This document shows, piece by piece, positions 56,185 to 64,000 of a stretch of 64,000 nt of DNA (position 1 is its first letter; every line of letters starts with the position of its first letter). The position numbers and the translations under genes are program-made. The notes under the pieces were generated by a model. It was not told where the DNA came from. It was given only the letters and a program-made list of their open reading frames with translations, and did not search any database. Origin of the DNA: an uncultured Actinomycetota bacterium (GTDB lineage: Bacteria > Actinomycetota > Actinomycetes > Propionibacteriales > Nocardioidaceae); NCBI GenBank assembly GCA_963742815.1, contig CAVUNJ010000008.1, positions 84,925 to 148,924 of the forward strand. The letters are read 5' to 3'.

Positions 56185-57186
56185 CTATCCCGCCATCGGC
56201 GGCTGGAACCGCTCGAGGTCGCCTGACTCTCCGCCACGCAGGCCTCGAAGTGCTCGGGTACGACGCGCCGACATCCGCGCCCAGACCACCTCTTGGACTG
56301 CCAGGGTGAGCCAGCCCGCGATCGCCATCCCGGTGAGGTTCACCACCAACTGCAGGGCGCTGCCCCAGATCTCGTGACCGACGCCGAAGGCGAGTCCCAG
56401 CGCCACGTTTCCTGCCGCCGGGACGGTGGTCACCGATATGAATACGCCCGAAAGGCCGCCGACCTTGGCCGAGGTCAGGGACAGCACGCCGGCCGCGGCC
56501 GCGATGACCGCGACGATGAAGGACCATTTGTCCGGGGTATAGATGAACGCGGTTTCCGGTCGCGGGCCGGTGATGTCGTCCTCGACAATCCACCCCAGGG
56601 CACGGGCGGCGAGTGCGGCCAGGGCGGTGATGCCGATCGCCACGAGAAACCCGACGATGAGCGTGCGTGCGGCGAGGAACAAGAGCGAGTGCCGGGCGCG
56701 CACCAGCCCGAGCCCGAGTGCCGCAATAGCCACGAACTCCGGGCCGAGCACCATCGCGCCGATGACCAGGATCTGGGAGTCGAGCACGATCGCGATTCCT
56801 GCGATCACGGTGGCCATGGTCATGAACGACAGGTACGTCCAGTTGAGCTCCGACTCCTCGTACGCCCTCTGGGTGACGTCGGCCCACACGACGGCGTCCG
56901 CGCTGCTCCCGGGTGTCCGGCGCTCGGCGTCGAAGCCCGAGCGGGAGATCCATGTCCGCACCGGTTCGAGGTGCACGCTCCCGTCGCGGTGAACGCCGAG
57001 TTCGCGCAGATGATCGATGATCTCGTTCGCCGCCTCACGAGGCAGGTCCGCCATGATCAGGTCGCCTTCTGGCTTCACCGCAGCGCCGGGTACGACGACG
57101 AGCGCGCTGACCGCGGGGTCACTCTGCAGGTGCTCGACGACGGCATCGGTCAGGGACGGCGGCGAGGTGAGGCGCAACTGGAGCAT
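56185..57186 (-). CDS. DUF389 membrane protein
   Basis: VVWADV, DSQILVIGAMVLGPEF, GVFISVTTVPAA; start ATG 57186. Confidence 0.85.
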   Translation of the reverse strand: MLQLRLTSPPSLTDAVVEHLQSDPAVSALVVVPGAAVKPEGDLIMADLPREAANEIIDHLRELGVHRDGSVHLEPVRTWISRSGFDAERRTPGSSADAVVWADVTQRAYEESELNWTYLSFMTMATVIAGIAIVLDSQILVIGAMVLGPEFVAIAALGLGLVRARHSLLFLAARTLIVGFLVAIGITALAALAARALGWIVEDDITGPRPETAFIYTPDKWSFIVAVIAAAAGVLSLTSAKVGGLSGVFISVTTVPAAGNVALGLAFGVGHEIWGSALQLVVNLTGMAIAGWLTLAVQEVVWARMSARRTRALRGLRGGESGDLERFQPPMAG

Positions 57187-57203
57187 CGGGTCAACTCTTG
57201 TCC

Positions 57204-57881
57204 TCAGGGCATGAAGCGGTATCCCATGCCGGGTTCGGTCAGGAGGTATCTGGGGCGGGTGGGGTCGGGTTCGAGTTTCTTGCGGAGCTGAGCCATGTAC
57301 TGGCGCAAGTAGTGGGTCTCGTTGAGGTAGGTAGGTCCCCACACGTCTTGGAGCAGCTGACGTTGGCTGATGAGCTTTCCAGGGTTGCGCACCAGCATGG
57401 CGAGGAGCTCCCACTCGGTCTTGGTGAGGTGCACCAGTTCACCATCAACACTGCGAACCGCCTTCTCGGCGAGGTCGACGGTAAGGCCGCCGAGCTGAAC
57501 CGGCTCGTCCTCGACGGTCTCGGGGCGGAGGCGGCGACTGACCGCCTTGATGCGGGCGAGGAGTTCCTCGATGTTGAACGGCTTGGTGACGTAGTCGTCG
57601 GCTCCGAGGTTCAGGGCAACGATCTTGTCGCTGCTGCCGGCTCGGCCGGACAGGACGATGATGGGCACATCGGTCCAGGTCCGCAGTGAGCGGATCACGT
57701 CGACGCCGTCGGCGTCGGGGAGACCTAGGTCGAGGATCAACAGGTCGGGTCGCTGGGTCTTGGCGGCGTCGAGGGCGGTGGCGCCATCGGCGGCGGTGAT
57801 GACCTCGAACTGCCGAGCGTTCAAGTTGATCCGCAGGGCACGAAGGATCTGCGGCTCGTCGTCGACGACGAGGACACGCAT
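57204..57881 (-). CDS. kdpE: KdpE response regulator
   Basis: Receiver plus OmpR wHTH, GADDYVTKPF, HYLRQYMAQLRKKLE.DP..P. Confidence 0.93.
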   Translation of the reverse strand: MRVLVVDDEPQILRALRINLNARQFEVITAADGATALDAAKTQRPDLLILDLGLPDADGVDVIRSLRTWTDVPIIVLSGRAGSSDKIVALNLGADDYVTKPFNIEELLARIKAVSRRLRPETVEDEPVQLGGLTVDLAEKAVRSVDGELVHLTKTEWELLAMLVRNPGKLISQRQLLQDVWGPTYLNETHYLRQYMAQLRKKLEPDPTRPRYLLTEPGMGYRFMP

Positions 57882-60454
57882 CAGGTGATCGCCTCCTCGG
57901 CTCGCTCCGGGGCAGGCTCGCGCATCGGCGCCGTGGTGAGCGCGAGGTCCATGGTCAGGCCACCTCCCGGGGTGTCCTCGGCTTCGAGCGAGCCGCCCAT
58001 GGCCTCGGCCAGGCCACGGGACAAGGCGAGCCCGAGCCCGATGCCGGGGGGTCCGTGCGTGTCGCCCGAGCGCTGGAACGGGAGGAATACCCGGTCTCGT
58101 TCGTCGGCGGCGAGCCCGGGACCATGGTCGATCACCCGGATGTGTACCCGGTCAGCGTGGGCGCTGGCGGCGACGGTGGGGGGCGAGCCGGGTGGGGAGT
58201 ACTTCAGGGCGTTGGACAGGAGGTTGGCGAGGATCCGTTGGAGCAGGGCCGGGTCGGCCATCGCCTCGGGGAGGTCGTCGGAGAGTCGGATCTGGACGGC
58301 GTTGGCGGTCCTGCCGAGTTCGTCGAAGGCGAGCGGGATGACCTCGGCGACGCTCGTGGATTGCGGGTGTACGCCGAGTGCTCCGGCCTGCAGGCGGCTC
58401 ATGTCGAGCAGGTTTTCGACGAGACGGGTGAGCAGGTCCAATGACTCGTCGGCGGTGGCCAGGAGCTCCTGCCTGTCACGTTCGTCGAAGACCACATCGG
58501 GTATGCGTAGGCCCTGCACGGCCGCCTTGGCGGAGGCCAGGGGTGTGCGCAGGTCGTGGCTGACGGCGCGCAGGAGTGCGGTGCGCAGCTTGTCGGCCTC
58601 GGCGATGGGGATCGCGGCGGCGGCCTGTTCGGCGAGGCGTAGCTGTCGCAGGGCGAGGGCTGACTGGACGGCGAAGGCTTCAACGACCCGCTGGTCCGAC
58701 GCGTCGAGCGGCCTTCCCTTGAGCACCAGCGTGAGGTTGTCGTCGACGGGCACCTCGACGTCACCTTCGCGGGGCGCGGCGCAGGGAGGCGAGCCGACGC
58801 TTTCAGCGACCGTCCACCTGCTGGTGTCGCGCCGTTCGGTGGGCGACCCGGGGCTATCGGAGTTCCGCTCCAGCAGGGTGACGGACTCCAGGGCGAATGA
58901 CTCCCGCAGCTGCTCGAGGAGCGCCGGCAGTGGGCGGGACCCGCGCAGGACGCTGCCAGCGACCACGGCCAGCGCGTTCGCCTCCCGGCGTGCGCGTGCG
59001 GCCTGCTGGGTGCGGCGGAAAGCGAGGTTGACCGTGGCGCTGATCGTGAGCGCGACGAGCAGGAACACCACCAGGGCCAGGACATTCTGGGTCTCGGAGA
59101 TGGTCCAGGTGTAGATGGGTGGAGTGAAGTAGTAGTTGAGCAGCAGCGAGCCGACGAGTGCGGCGGCGAAGGCCGCCCAGAGTCGGCCAACGAGCGAGAT
59201 CACGACGACGGCGACGAGGAAGATCAGGATCACGCTGGACAGCGACAGGTCGTTGCGGAACTGGGTAAGCACGATCGTGAGCGCCGGCATCAGCACCGCG
59301 GTCAGGGTGAGGCCGAGAAGCAGGCGCCCGAGGGGTTCCTCGCGTCGCCATGGCCAGCGCAGCCGGGGGCGCCTGGTTTCCTCGTGGGTGACCAGGTGGA
59401 CGTCGATGGGTCCGGATTCGGCGACGGTGGTGACCCCGATGCTGCGGGAGAACAGTTGGGCGAAGGGGCCGCGTCTGCTGGCTCCGAGGACGAGCTGGGT
59501 CGCGTTGACTCCCCGGGCGTAGGAGAGCAGGGCTTGGGGGATGTCGTCGCCGACTACCTGGTGGTACGTGCCGCCAATGCTTTCGATCAGGGTTCGCTGA
59601 CGGGCGAGGTGGGCGGGGTCAGGGCCGCTGAGTCCTTCGGTGTGGACCACGTGGACGGCGAGTAGGTCGGCGCCCCGGGCGCGTTCGGCGATGCGTGCGG
59701 CGCGCCGGATCAGCGTGTCTCCTTCGGGGCCGCCGGTGAGGGCGACCACCACGCGTTCCCGGGCTTCCCAGGTGCCCTCGATGCCGTGGTCGCGGCGGTA
59801 CCGGTCGAGCTGGTCGTCGACCTTGTCGGCCAGCCACAGCAGAGCGAGCTCGCGCAGGGCGGTGAGGTTGCCGACCCGGAAGTAGTTGCCGAGGGCGGCG
59901 TCGACCTTGTCGGGCTTGTAGATATTGCCGTGCGCCATCCGGCGGCGCAGCGCTTCGGCGGTCATGTCGACCAGCTCGATCTGTTCCGCGGCACGGACGA
60001 CGGCATCGGGCAAGGTCTCCTGCTGGGTGATGCCGGTGATCTGCTCGACGACGTCGTTGAGCGACTCCAGGTGCTGGATGTTGACCGTGGTGATGACGTC
60101 GATGCCGGCGTCGAGGAGGGCGTCGATGTCCTGCCAGCGCTTCTCGTGGCGGCTGCCGGGCACGTTGGTGTGGGCCATCTCGTCGACGAGCGCAACCTTG
60201 GGCCGTCGGGCGAGCACGGCCTCGAGGTCCATCTCGCTGAACTCGGCGCCCCGGTAGGTCAGCTGGCGGCGCGGAACAGCCTCCAGTCCTTCGGCCATCG
60301 CGACGGTCAGGGGACGGTCGTGCGGTTCGAGGTATCCGATGACGACGTCGGTGCCTCGTGAGCTGCGGCGCTGACCTTCCTCGAGCATCCGGTAGGTCTT
60401 GCCGACCCCGGGTGCCGCGCCGAGGTAGACGCGGAGCTTGCCTCGTGGGGTCAT
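57881..60454 (-). CDS. kdpD: KdpD sensor histidine kinase
   Basis: LGAAPGVGKT, LVDEMAH.N.PGSRH.KRWQD, USP domain, four TM, SHDLRTPL, G.GLGL. Confidence 0.95.
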   Translation of the reverse strand: MTPRGKLRVYLGAAPGVGKTYRMLEEGQRRSSRGTDVVIGYLEPHDRPLTVAMAEGLEAVPRRQLTYRGAEFSEMDLEAVLARRPKVALVDEMAHTNVPGSRHEKRWQDIDALLDAGIDVITTVNIQHLESLNDVVEQITGITQQETLPDAVVRAAEQIELVDMTAEALRRRMAHGNIYKPDKVDAALGNYFRVGNLTALRELALLWLADKVDDQLDRYRRDHGIEGTWEARERVVVALTGGPEGDTLIRRAARIAERARGADLLAVHVVHTEGLSGPDPAHLARQRTLIESIGGTYHQVVGDDIPQALLSYARGVNATQLVLGASRRGPFAQLFSRSIGVTTVAESGPIDVHLVTHEETRRPRLRWPWRREEPLGRLLLGLTLTAVLMPALTIVLTQFRNDLSLSSVILIFLVAVVVISLVGRLWAAFAAALVGSLLLNYYFTPPIYTWTISETQNVLALVVFLLVALTISATVNLAFRRTQQAARARREANALAVVAGSVLRGSRPLPALLEQLRESFALESVTLLERNSDSPGSPTERRDTSRWTVAESVGSPPCAAPREGDVEVPVDDNLTLVLKGRPLDASDQRVVEAFAVQSALALRQLRLAEQAAAAIPIAEADKLRTALLRAVSHDLRTPLASAKAAVQGLRIPDVVFDERDRQELLATADESLDLLTRLVENLLDMSRLQAGALGVHPQSTSVAEVIPLAFDELGRTANAVQIRLSDDLPEAMADPALLQRILANLLSNALKYSPPGSPPTVAASAHADRVHIRVIDHGPGLAADERDRVFLPFQRSGDTHGPPGIGLGLALSRGLAEAMGGSLEAEDTPGGGLTMDLALTTAPMREPAPERAEEAIT

Positions 60455-60489
60455 CGCCAGATCCTCCTTCGATTCTCAGTGCACCGCGG

Positions 60490-61347
60490 TCATGGCTGGG
60501 GGTGGCGCTGGTCGAGCGCCAGGTTCAGCTCCAGCACGTTCACGCCCGCTTGCCCGAGCAGGGCCAGGGTGCGACCGTGCGTGAAGTCGTCGATCAACGA
60601 TTGCACCTCCGCGGCTTCGATGCGGCGTTCGCGGGCGACACGGGCAACTTGGAGGTGGGCGTACGCGAGGGAGATGTCGGGGTCCAGACCCGACGCGCTG
60701 GCCGCGACCGCGTCCGCCGGCACGACAGGGGCGGAAGGCGCGTCGCCGCGCATCGGAACGATCACCGCGCCCGCATAGTCGGCGCCGGGCATGGCGAGCT
60801 CGACCGGCACACCCCGGTACTGGCCCAGGAACGGGGTCTCGGAGGTCTGGTTGAGACTGACCACCCGCACGACGTCACCGGTCAGGCCGTCGGAGTAGTA
60901 GACGCCGAGGACCGCCCCGACTCCGTTGTCGGTGCAATACGGTCGGCGGCCATCGACGCCTTCGAGTTCGCCGACGGCCAGACTTCGGGCGCACACCTGG
61001 GTGAGCAGGCTAGGCCGGTCCGGGGTGTCGACGATGTCCTCGGGCCCCAGGTTGCTCGCCGAGGTTGCGGTCGGGTCGTAGCCGTCGCCGGCCGCTGAGG
61101 GGCGGGACTGGAAGTACGCCGGGAGTGGGTTGCCGTCGGCGTCAGCGAAGGACTGTCCGATGAGCCGGCTGCCCACCACCTGGTCGCCGTCGCTGACCAG
61201 TGAACCGTCGGCTCGAGCGTCAAGACCGGGAAGCTGGGCGATGGCGACCATGGCGAGCGGGTAGCCGAGGCCGAGCAGGAGGGTGAACACGATCAGGGCG
61301 CGCGCGGCGGCGAGGTGGCGGGCCACGAAGGGGTTGGAGGTACGCAT
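60490..61347 (-). CDS. kdpC: KdpC subunit (long form)
   Basis: GSRLIGQSF, YFQSRPS, SASNLGP, SASGLDPDIS, VNVLELNLALD. Confidence 0.92.
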   Translation of the reverse strand: MRTSNPFVARHLAAARALIVFTLLLGLGYPLAMVAIAQLPGLDARADGSLVSDGDQVVGSRLIGQSFADADGNPLPAYFQSRPSAAGDGYDPTATSASNLGPEDIVDTPDRPSLLTQVCARSLAVGELEGVDGRRPYCTDNGVGAVLGVYYSDGLTGDVVRVVSLNQTSETPFLGQYRGVPVELAMPGADYAGAVIVPMRGDAPSAPVVPADAVAASASGLDPDISLAYAHLQVARVARERRIEAAEVQSLIDDFTHGRTLALLGQAGVNVLELNLALDQRHPQP

Positions 61348-63476
61348 CAGGACATCCCGGGCAGGAACTGGACCAGCAGGTCGATGAGTTTGATTCCGAC
61401 GAAGGGTGCGACCACGCCGCCGACGCCGTAGACCAGCAGGTTGCGCCGCAACAGGGCCGCGGCACCACCGGGCCGGTAGGAGACGCCACGCAAGGCGAGC
61501 GGAATCAGGGCGATGATCACCAGGGCGTTGAAGATCACCGCGGACAGGATCGCCGACTGCGGGCTGGCCAGGGCCATGACGTTGAGACGGTCCAGGCCCG
61601 GGTACACGCTGGCGAACATCGCGGGGATGATCGCGAAGTACTTCGCGATGTCGTTGGAGATCGAGAACGTGGTCAGGGCCCCGCGGGTGATCAGCAGCTG
61701 TTTGCCGATCTCGACGATCTCGATGAGCTTGGTGGGGTCGGAGTCCAGGTCGACCATGTTGCCGGCCTCCTTGGCGGCCGAGGTGCCGGTGTTCATTGCG
61801 ACTCCGACGTCGGCCTGGGCAAGGGCGGGTGCGTCGTTGGTGCCGTCTCCGGTCATCGCGACCAGCCGGCCTCCGGCCTGCTCCTTCTTGATCAGCTCCA
61901 TCTTGTCCTCGGGGGTGGCCTCGGCTAGGAAGTCGTCGACTCCGGCCTCCTCGGCGATGGCCTTCGCGGTGAGCGGGTTGTCGCCGGTGATCATCACGGT
62001 GCGGATTCCCATCTGGCGCATCTCGTCGAACCGTTCGCGCATGCCCTCCTTGACCACGTCCTTGAGGTGGATGACACCGAGGGCGCGGGCCGGCTGGTCG
62101 CCGTCCTTCTCCGCGACCACCAGCGGGGTGCCGCCGGCGGCACTGATCGCGTCGACGGTGGCGCCGACACTCTCCGTGGGGTGTCCGCCGTTGTCTCGGA
62201 CCCAGTGCATGACCGCAGCCGCGGCACCCTTGCGGACCTGTCGTACGTCCAGGTCGACACCGGACATGCGGGTCTGGGCGGTGAACGGCACCCAGATCGC
62301 GTGCGCCAGTTCGCCGGCCTGTCGCTCGCGCAGCCCATGAGCACGTTTGGCGTAAACCACGATCGAGCGACCTTCGGGGGTCTCATCTGCCAGGCTGGAC
62401 AGCTGGGCGGCGTTGGCCAATAGCGACGGGTCGACGCCGGCGACGGGCGCGAACTCCGAGGCCTGCCGGTTGCCCAGGGTGATGGTGCCGGTCTTGTCCA
62501 GCAGCAGGGTGTTCACGTCGCCGGCGGCCTCGACCGCTCGGCCGCTCATAGCCAGCACGTTGCGTTGCACCAGCCGGTCCATACCGGCGATGCCGATCGC
62601 AGACAGCAGCGCGCCGATCGTAGTGGGGATCAGACACACCAGCAACGCCACCAAGACAACGGAGGTGACGCCGTTGCCGTCGAGGGCGGCGGTGTCCGGT
62701 GCGGCGGCGTTGACGGTCTTGGCGTAGATCGCGAGCGGCTGGAGGGTGACGACGGCCATCAGGAAGATCAGCGTCAGCGCACCGAGGAGGATGTTGAGAG
62801 CGATCTCGTTGGGGGTCTTTTGCCGGTTGGCGCCTTCGACCAGAGAGATCATCCGGTCGATGAAGCTCTCGCCGGGGGTTTGGGTGATCTGGACGACGAT
62901 GCGGTCCGAGAGCACCTTGGTGCCGCCGGTGACCGCGCACCGGTCGCCGCCGGACTCGCGAATCACCGGGGCGGACTCGCCGGTGATCGCCGACTCATCG
63001 ATGCTGGCGATGCCCTCCACGACGTCGCCGTCGCCGGGGATGATGTCGCCGGCCTCGCACAAGACGATGTCGCCCTTGGCCAGGTTCGGGGCCGGGACGC
63101 TCTCCACGTCTGCCTCCGAGGTGACAGCGCCCGGTCGCCAGCCGGAGACGCGACGGGCGATGGTGCCCTGCCGGGTCTTGCGCAGGGTGTCGGCCTGTGC
63201 CTTGCCGCGGCCCTCGGCGACCGCTTCGGCCAGGTTGGCGAAGACCACGGTGGCCCACAGCCACCCGGTGATCAGCCACGAGAACCAGGAAGGGTCGGTG
63301 ACCGCGAGGACGGTGGTGAACGCGGCGCCGACCTCGACGATGAGCATCACCGGGTTGCGCCACATGATCCGTGGGTCGAGCTTGCGCAGCGCATCGGGCA
63401 GGGACCGGACCAGCTGCCGGGGGTCGAGCAGACCAGCGGCCACCCTGGATGAGGACTGGGGGGCGGGGGAGGTCAT
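61347..63476 (-). CDS. kdpB: KdpB P-type ATPase
   Basis: [38 protein letters not shown]; start ATG 63476. Confidence 0.96.
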   Translation of the reverse strand: MTSPAPQSSSRVAAGLLDPRQLVRSLPDALRKLDPRIMWRNPVMLIVEVGAAFTTVLAVTDPSWFSWLITGWLWATVVFANLAEAVAEGRGKAQADTLRKTRQGTIARRVSGWRPGAVTSEADVESVPAPNLAKGDIVLCEAGDIIPGDGDVVEGIASIDESAITGESAPVIRESGGDRCAVTGGTKVLSDRIVVQITQTPGESFIDRMISLVEGANRQKTPNEIALNILLGALTLIFLMAVVTLQPLAIYAKTVNAAAPDTAALDGNGVTSVVLVALLVCLIPTTIGALLSAIGIAGMDRLVQRNVLAMSGRAVEAAGDVNTLLLDKTGTITLGNRQASEFAPVAGVDPSLLANAAQLSSLADETPEGRSIVVYAKRAHGLRERQAGELAHAIWVPFTAQTRMSGVDLDVRQVRKGAAAAVMHWVRDNGGHPTESVGATVDAISAAGGTPLVVAEKDGDQPARALGVIHLKDVVKEGMRERFDEMRQMGIRTVMITGDNPLTAKAIAEEAGVDDFLAEATPEDKMELIKKEQAGGRLVAMTGDGTNDAPALAQADVGVAMNTGTSAAKEAGNMVDLDSDPTKLIEIVEIGKQLLITRGALTTFSISNDIAKYFAIIPAMFASVYPGLDRLNVMALASPQSAILSAVIFNALVIIALIPLALRGVSYRPGGAAALLRRNLLVYGVGGVVAPFVGIKLIDLLVQFLPGMS

Positions 63477-64000
63477 CGGGCGAGTCCTTCCGCGAGCGGG
63501 CCGAGAGCGAGGGCCGGCAGGAACGTCAACGCGACCAGCACCACGGTCACTCCGATCAGCATGGAGACGAACAGGGGAGTGTGGGTCGGCATGGTCCCGG
63601 CCGACGCCGGAGCCGGGGCCTGCCGGGCGAGACTGCCGGCCAACGCGAGCACGAACACGATCGGCAGGAACCGGCCCAGCAACATGCACAGGCCGAGCGC
63701 CAGGTCGTACCACGCGGTGTTCACCGTGATGCCGGCGAACGCCGAGCCGTTGTTATTGCTGGCCGAGGTGAAGGCGTAGAGCACCTCGGAGAAGCCGTGG
63801 GTTCCGGTGTTGAGCATCGAGGCCCGCTGGTCCGCGCTCGCCATCGCCAGGGCCGTGCCGACCAGCACCAGGAACGGGGTTGTCAAGAAGAAGAGTGAGG
63901 CGAGCTTGATCTCACGGGCGCCGAGCTTCTTACCCAGATACTCCGGAGTCCGCCCGACCATGAGGCCGGCGACAAAGACCGTGATGATCGCCAGCACGAG
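63473..64000 (-). CDS. kdpA: KdpA subunit, 3' part (5' end outside the window)
   Basis: [52 protein letters not shown]. Confidence 0.95.
   Translation of the reverse strand, partial: LVLAIITVFVAGLMVGRTPEYLGKKLGAREIKLASLFFLTTPFLVLVGTALAMASADQRASMLNTGTHGFSEVLYAFTSASNNNGSAFAGITVNTAWYDLALGLCMLLGRFLPIVFVLALAGSLARQAPAPASAGTMPTHTPLFVSMLIGVTVVLVALTFLPALALGPLAEGLAR

Noticed and set aside
53343-64000. Prophage or ICE at the tRNA
   Set aside because: No integrase, phage, conjugation or att-repeat sequence is visible in the window.

Overview
High-GC actinobacterial chromosome segment, most like Nocardioidaceae (inference). Its backbone follows the conserved block known around M. tuberculosis Rv3201c-Rv3193c: adnB, nudC, mrx1, uvrD2, whiB7 (with promoter, uORF and attenuator), ABC1 kinase, ThiF-like gene, DUF2342 protease, PDZ/Lon protease, UPF0182 and tRNA-fMet. 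Several accessory modules interrupt it: (1) an Hfq/LSm-like small gene next to deoD; (2) a TetR plus berberine-bridge-type flavoprotein cassette; (3) a secreted PKD-repeat protein; (4) a kaiC-kaiB-kaiB-PAS pseudo-kinase-receiver operon next to a DnaA-box cluster; (5) a roughly 17 kb oxidative pyrimidine catabolic cluster (NCS2 permease, three-subunit Mo hydroxylase plus CoxG, amidase, hydantoinase A/B, carbamate kinase, barbiturase). That cluster has no ureidomalonase but is divergently paired with an AllFGH-like (DUF2877/FdrA/DUF1116) carbamoyltransferase, suggesting an ATP-conserving route that may be undescribed. (6) After the tRNA come a decayed MerR/ABC exporter module, a DUF389 gene and a kdpABC-DE operon. 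Non-coding signals include a dispersed REP-like repeat family, with a 32-bp-period array bracketed by an exact 27-bp direct repeat, and several short tandem repeats. All calls come from motif recognition by eye; no searches were run.
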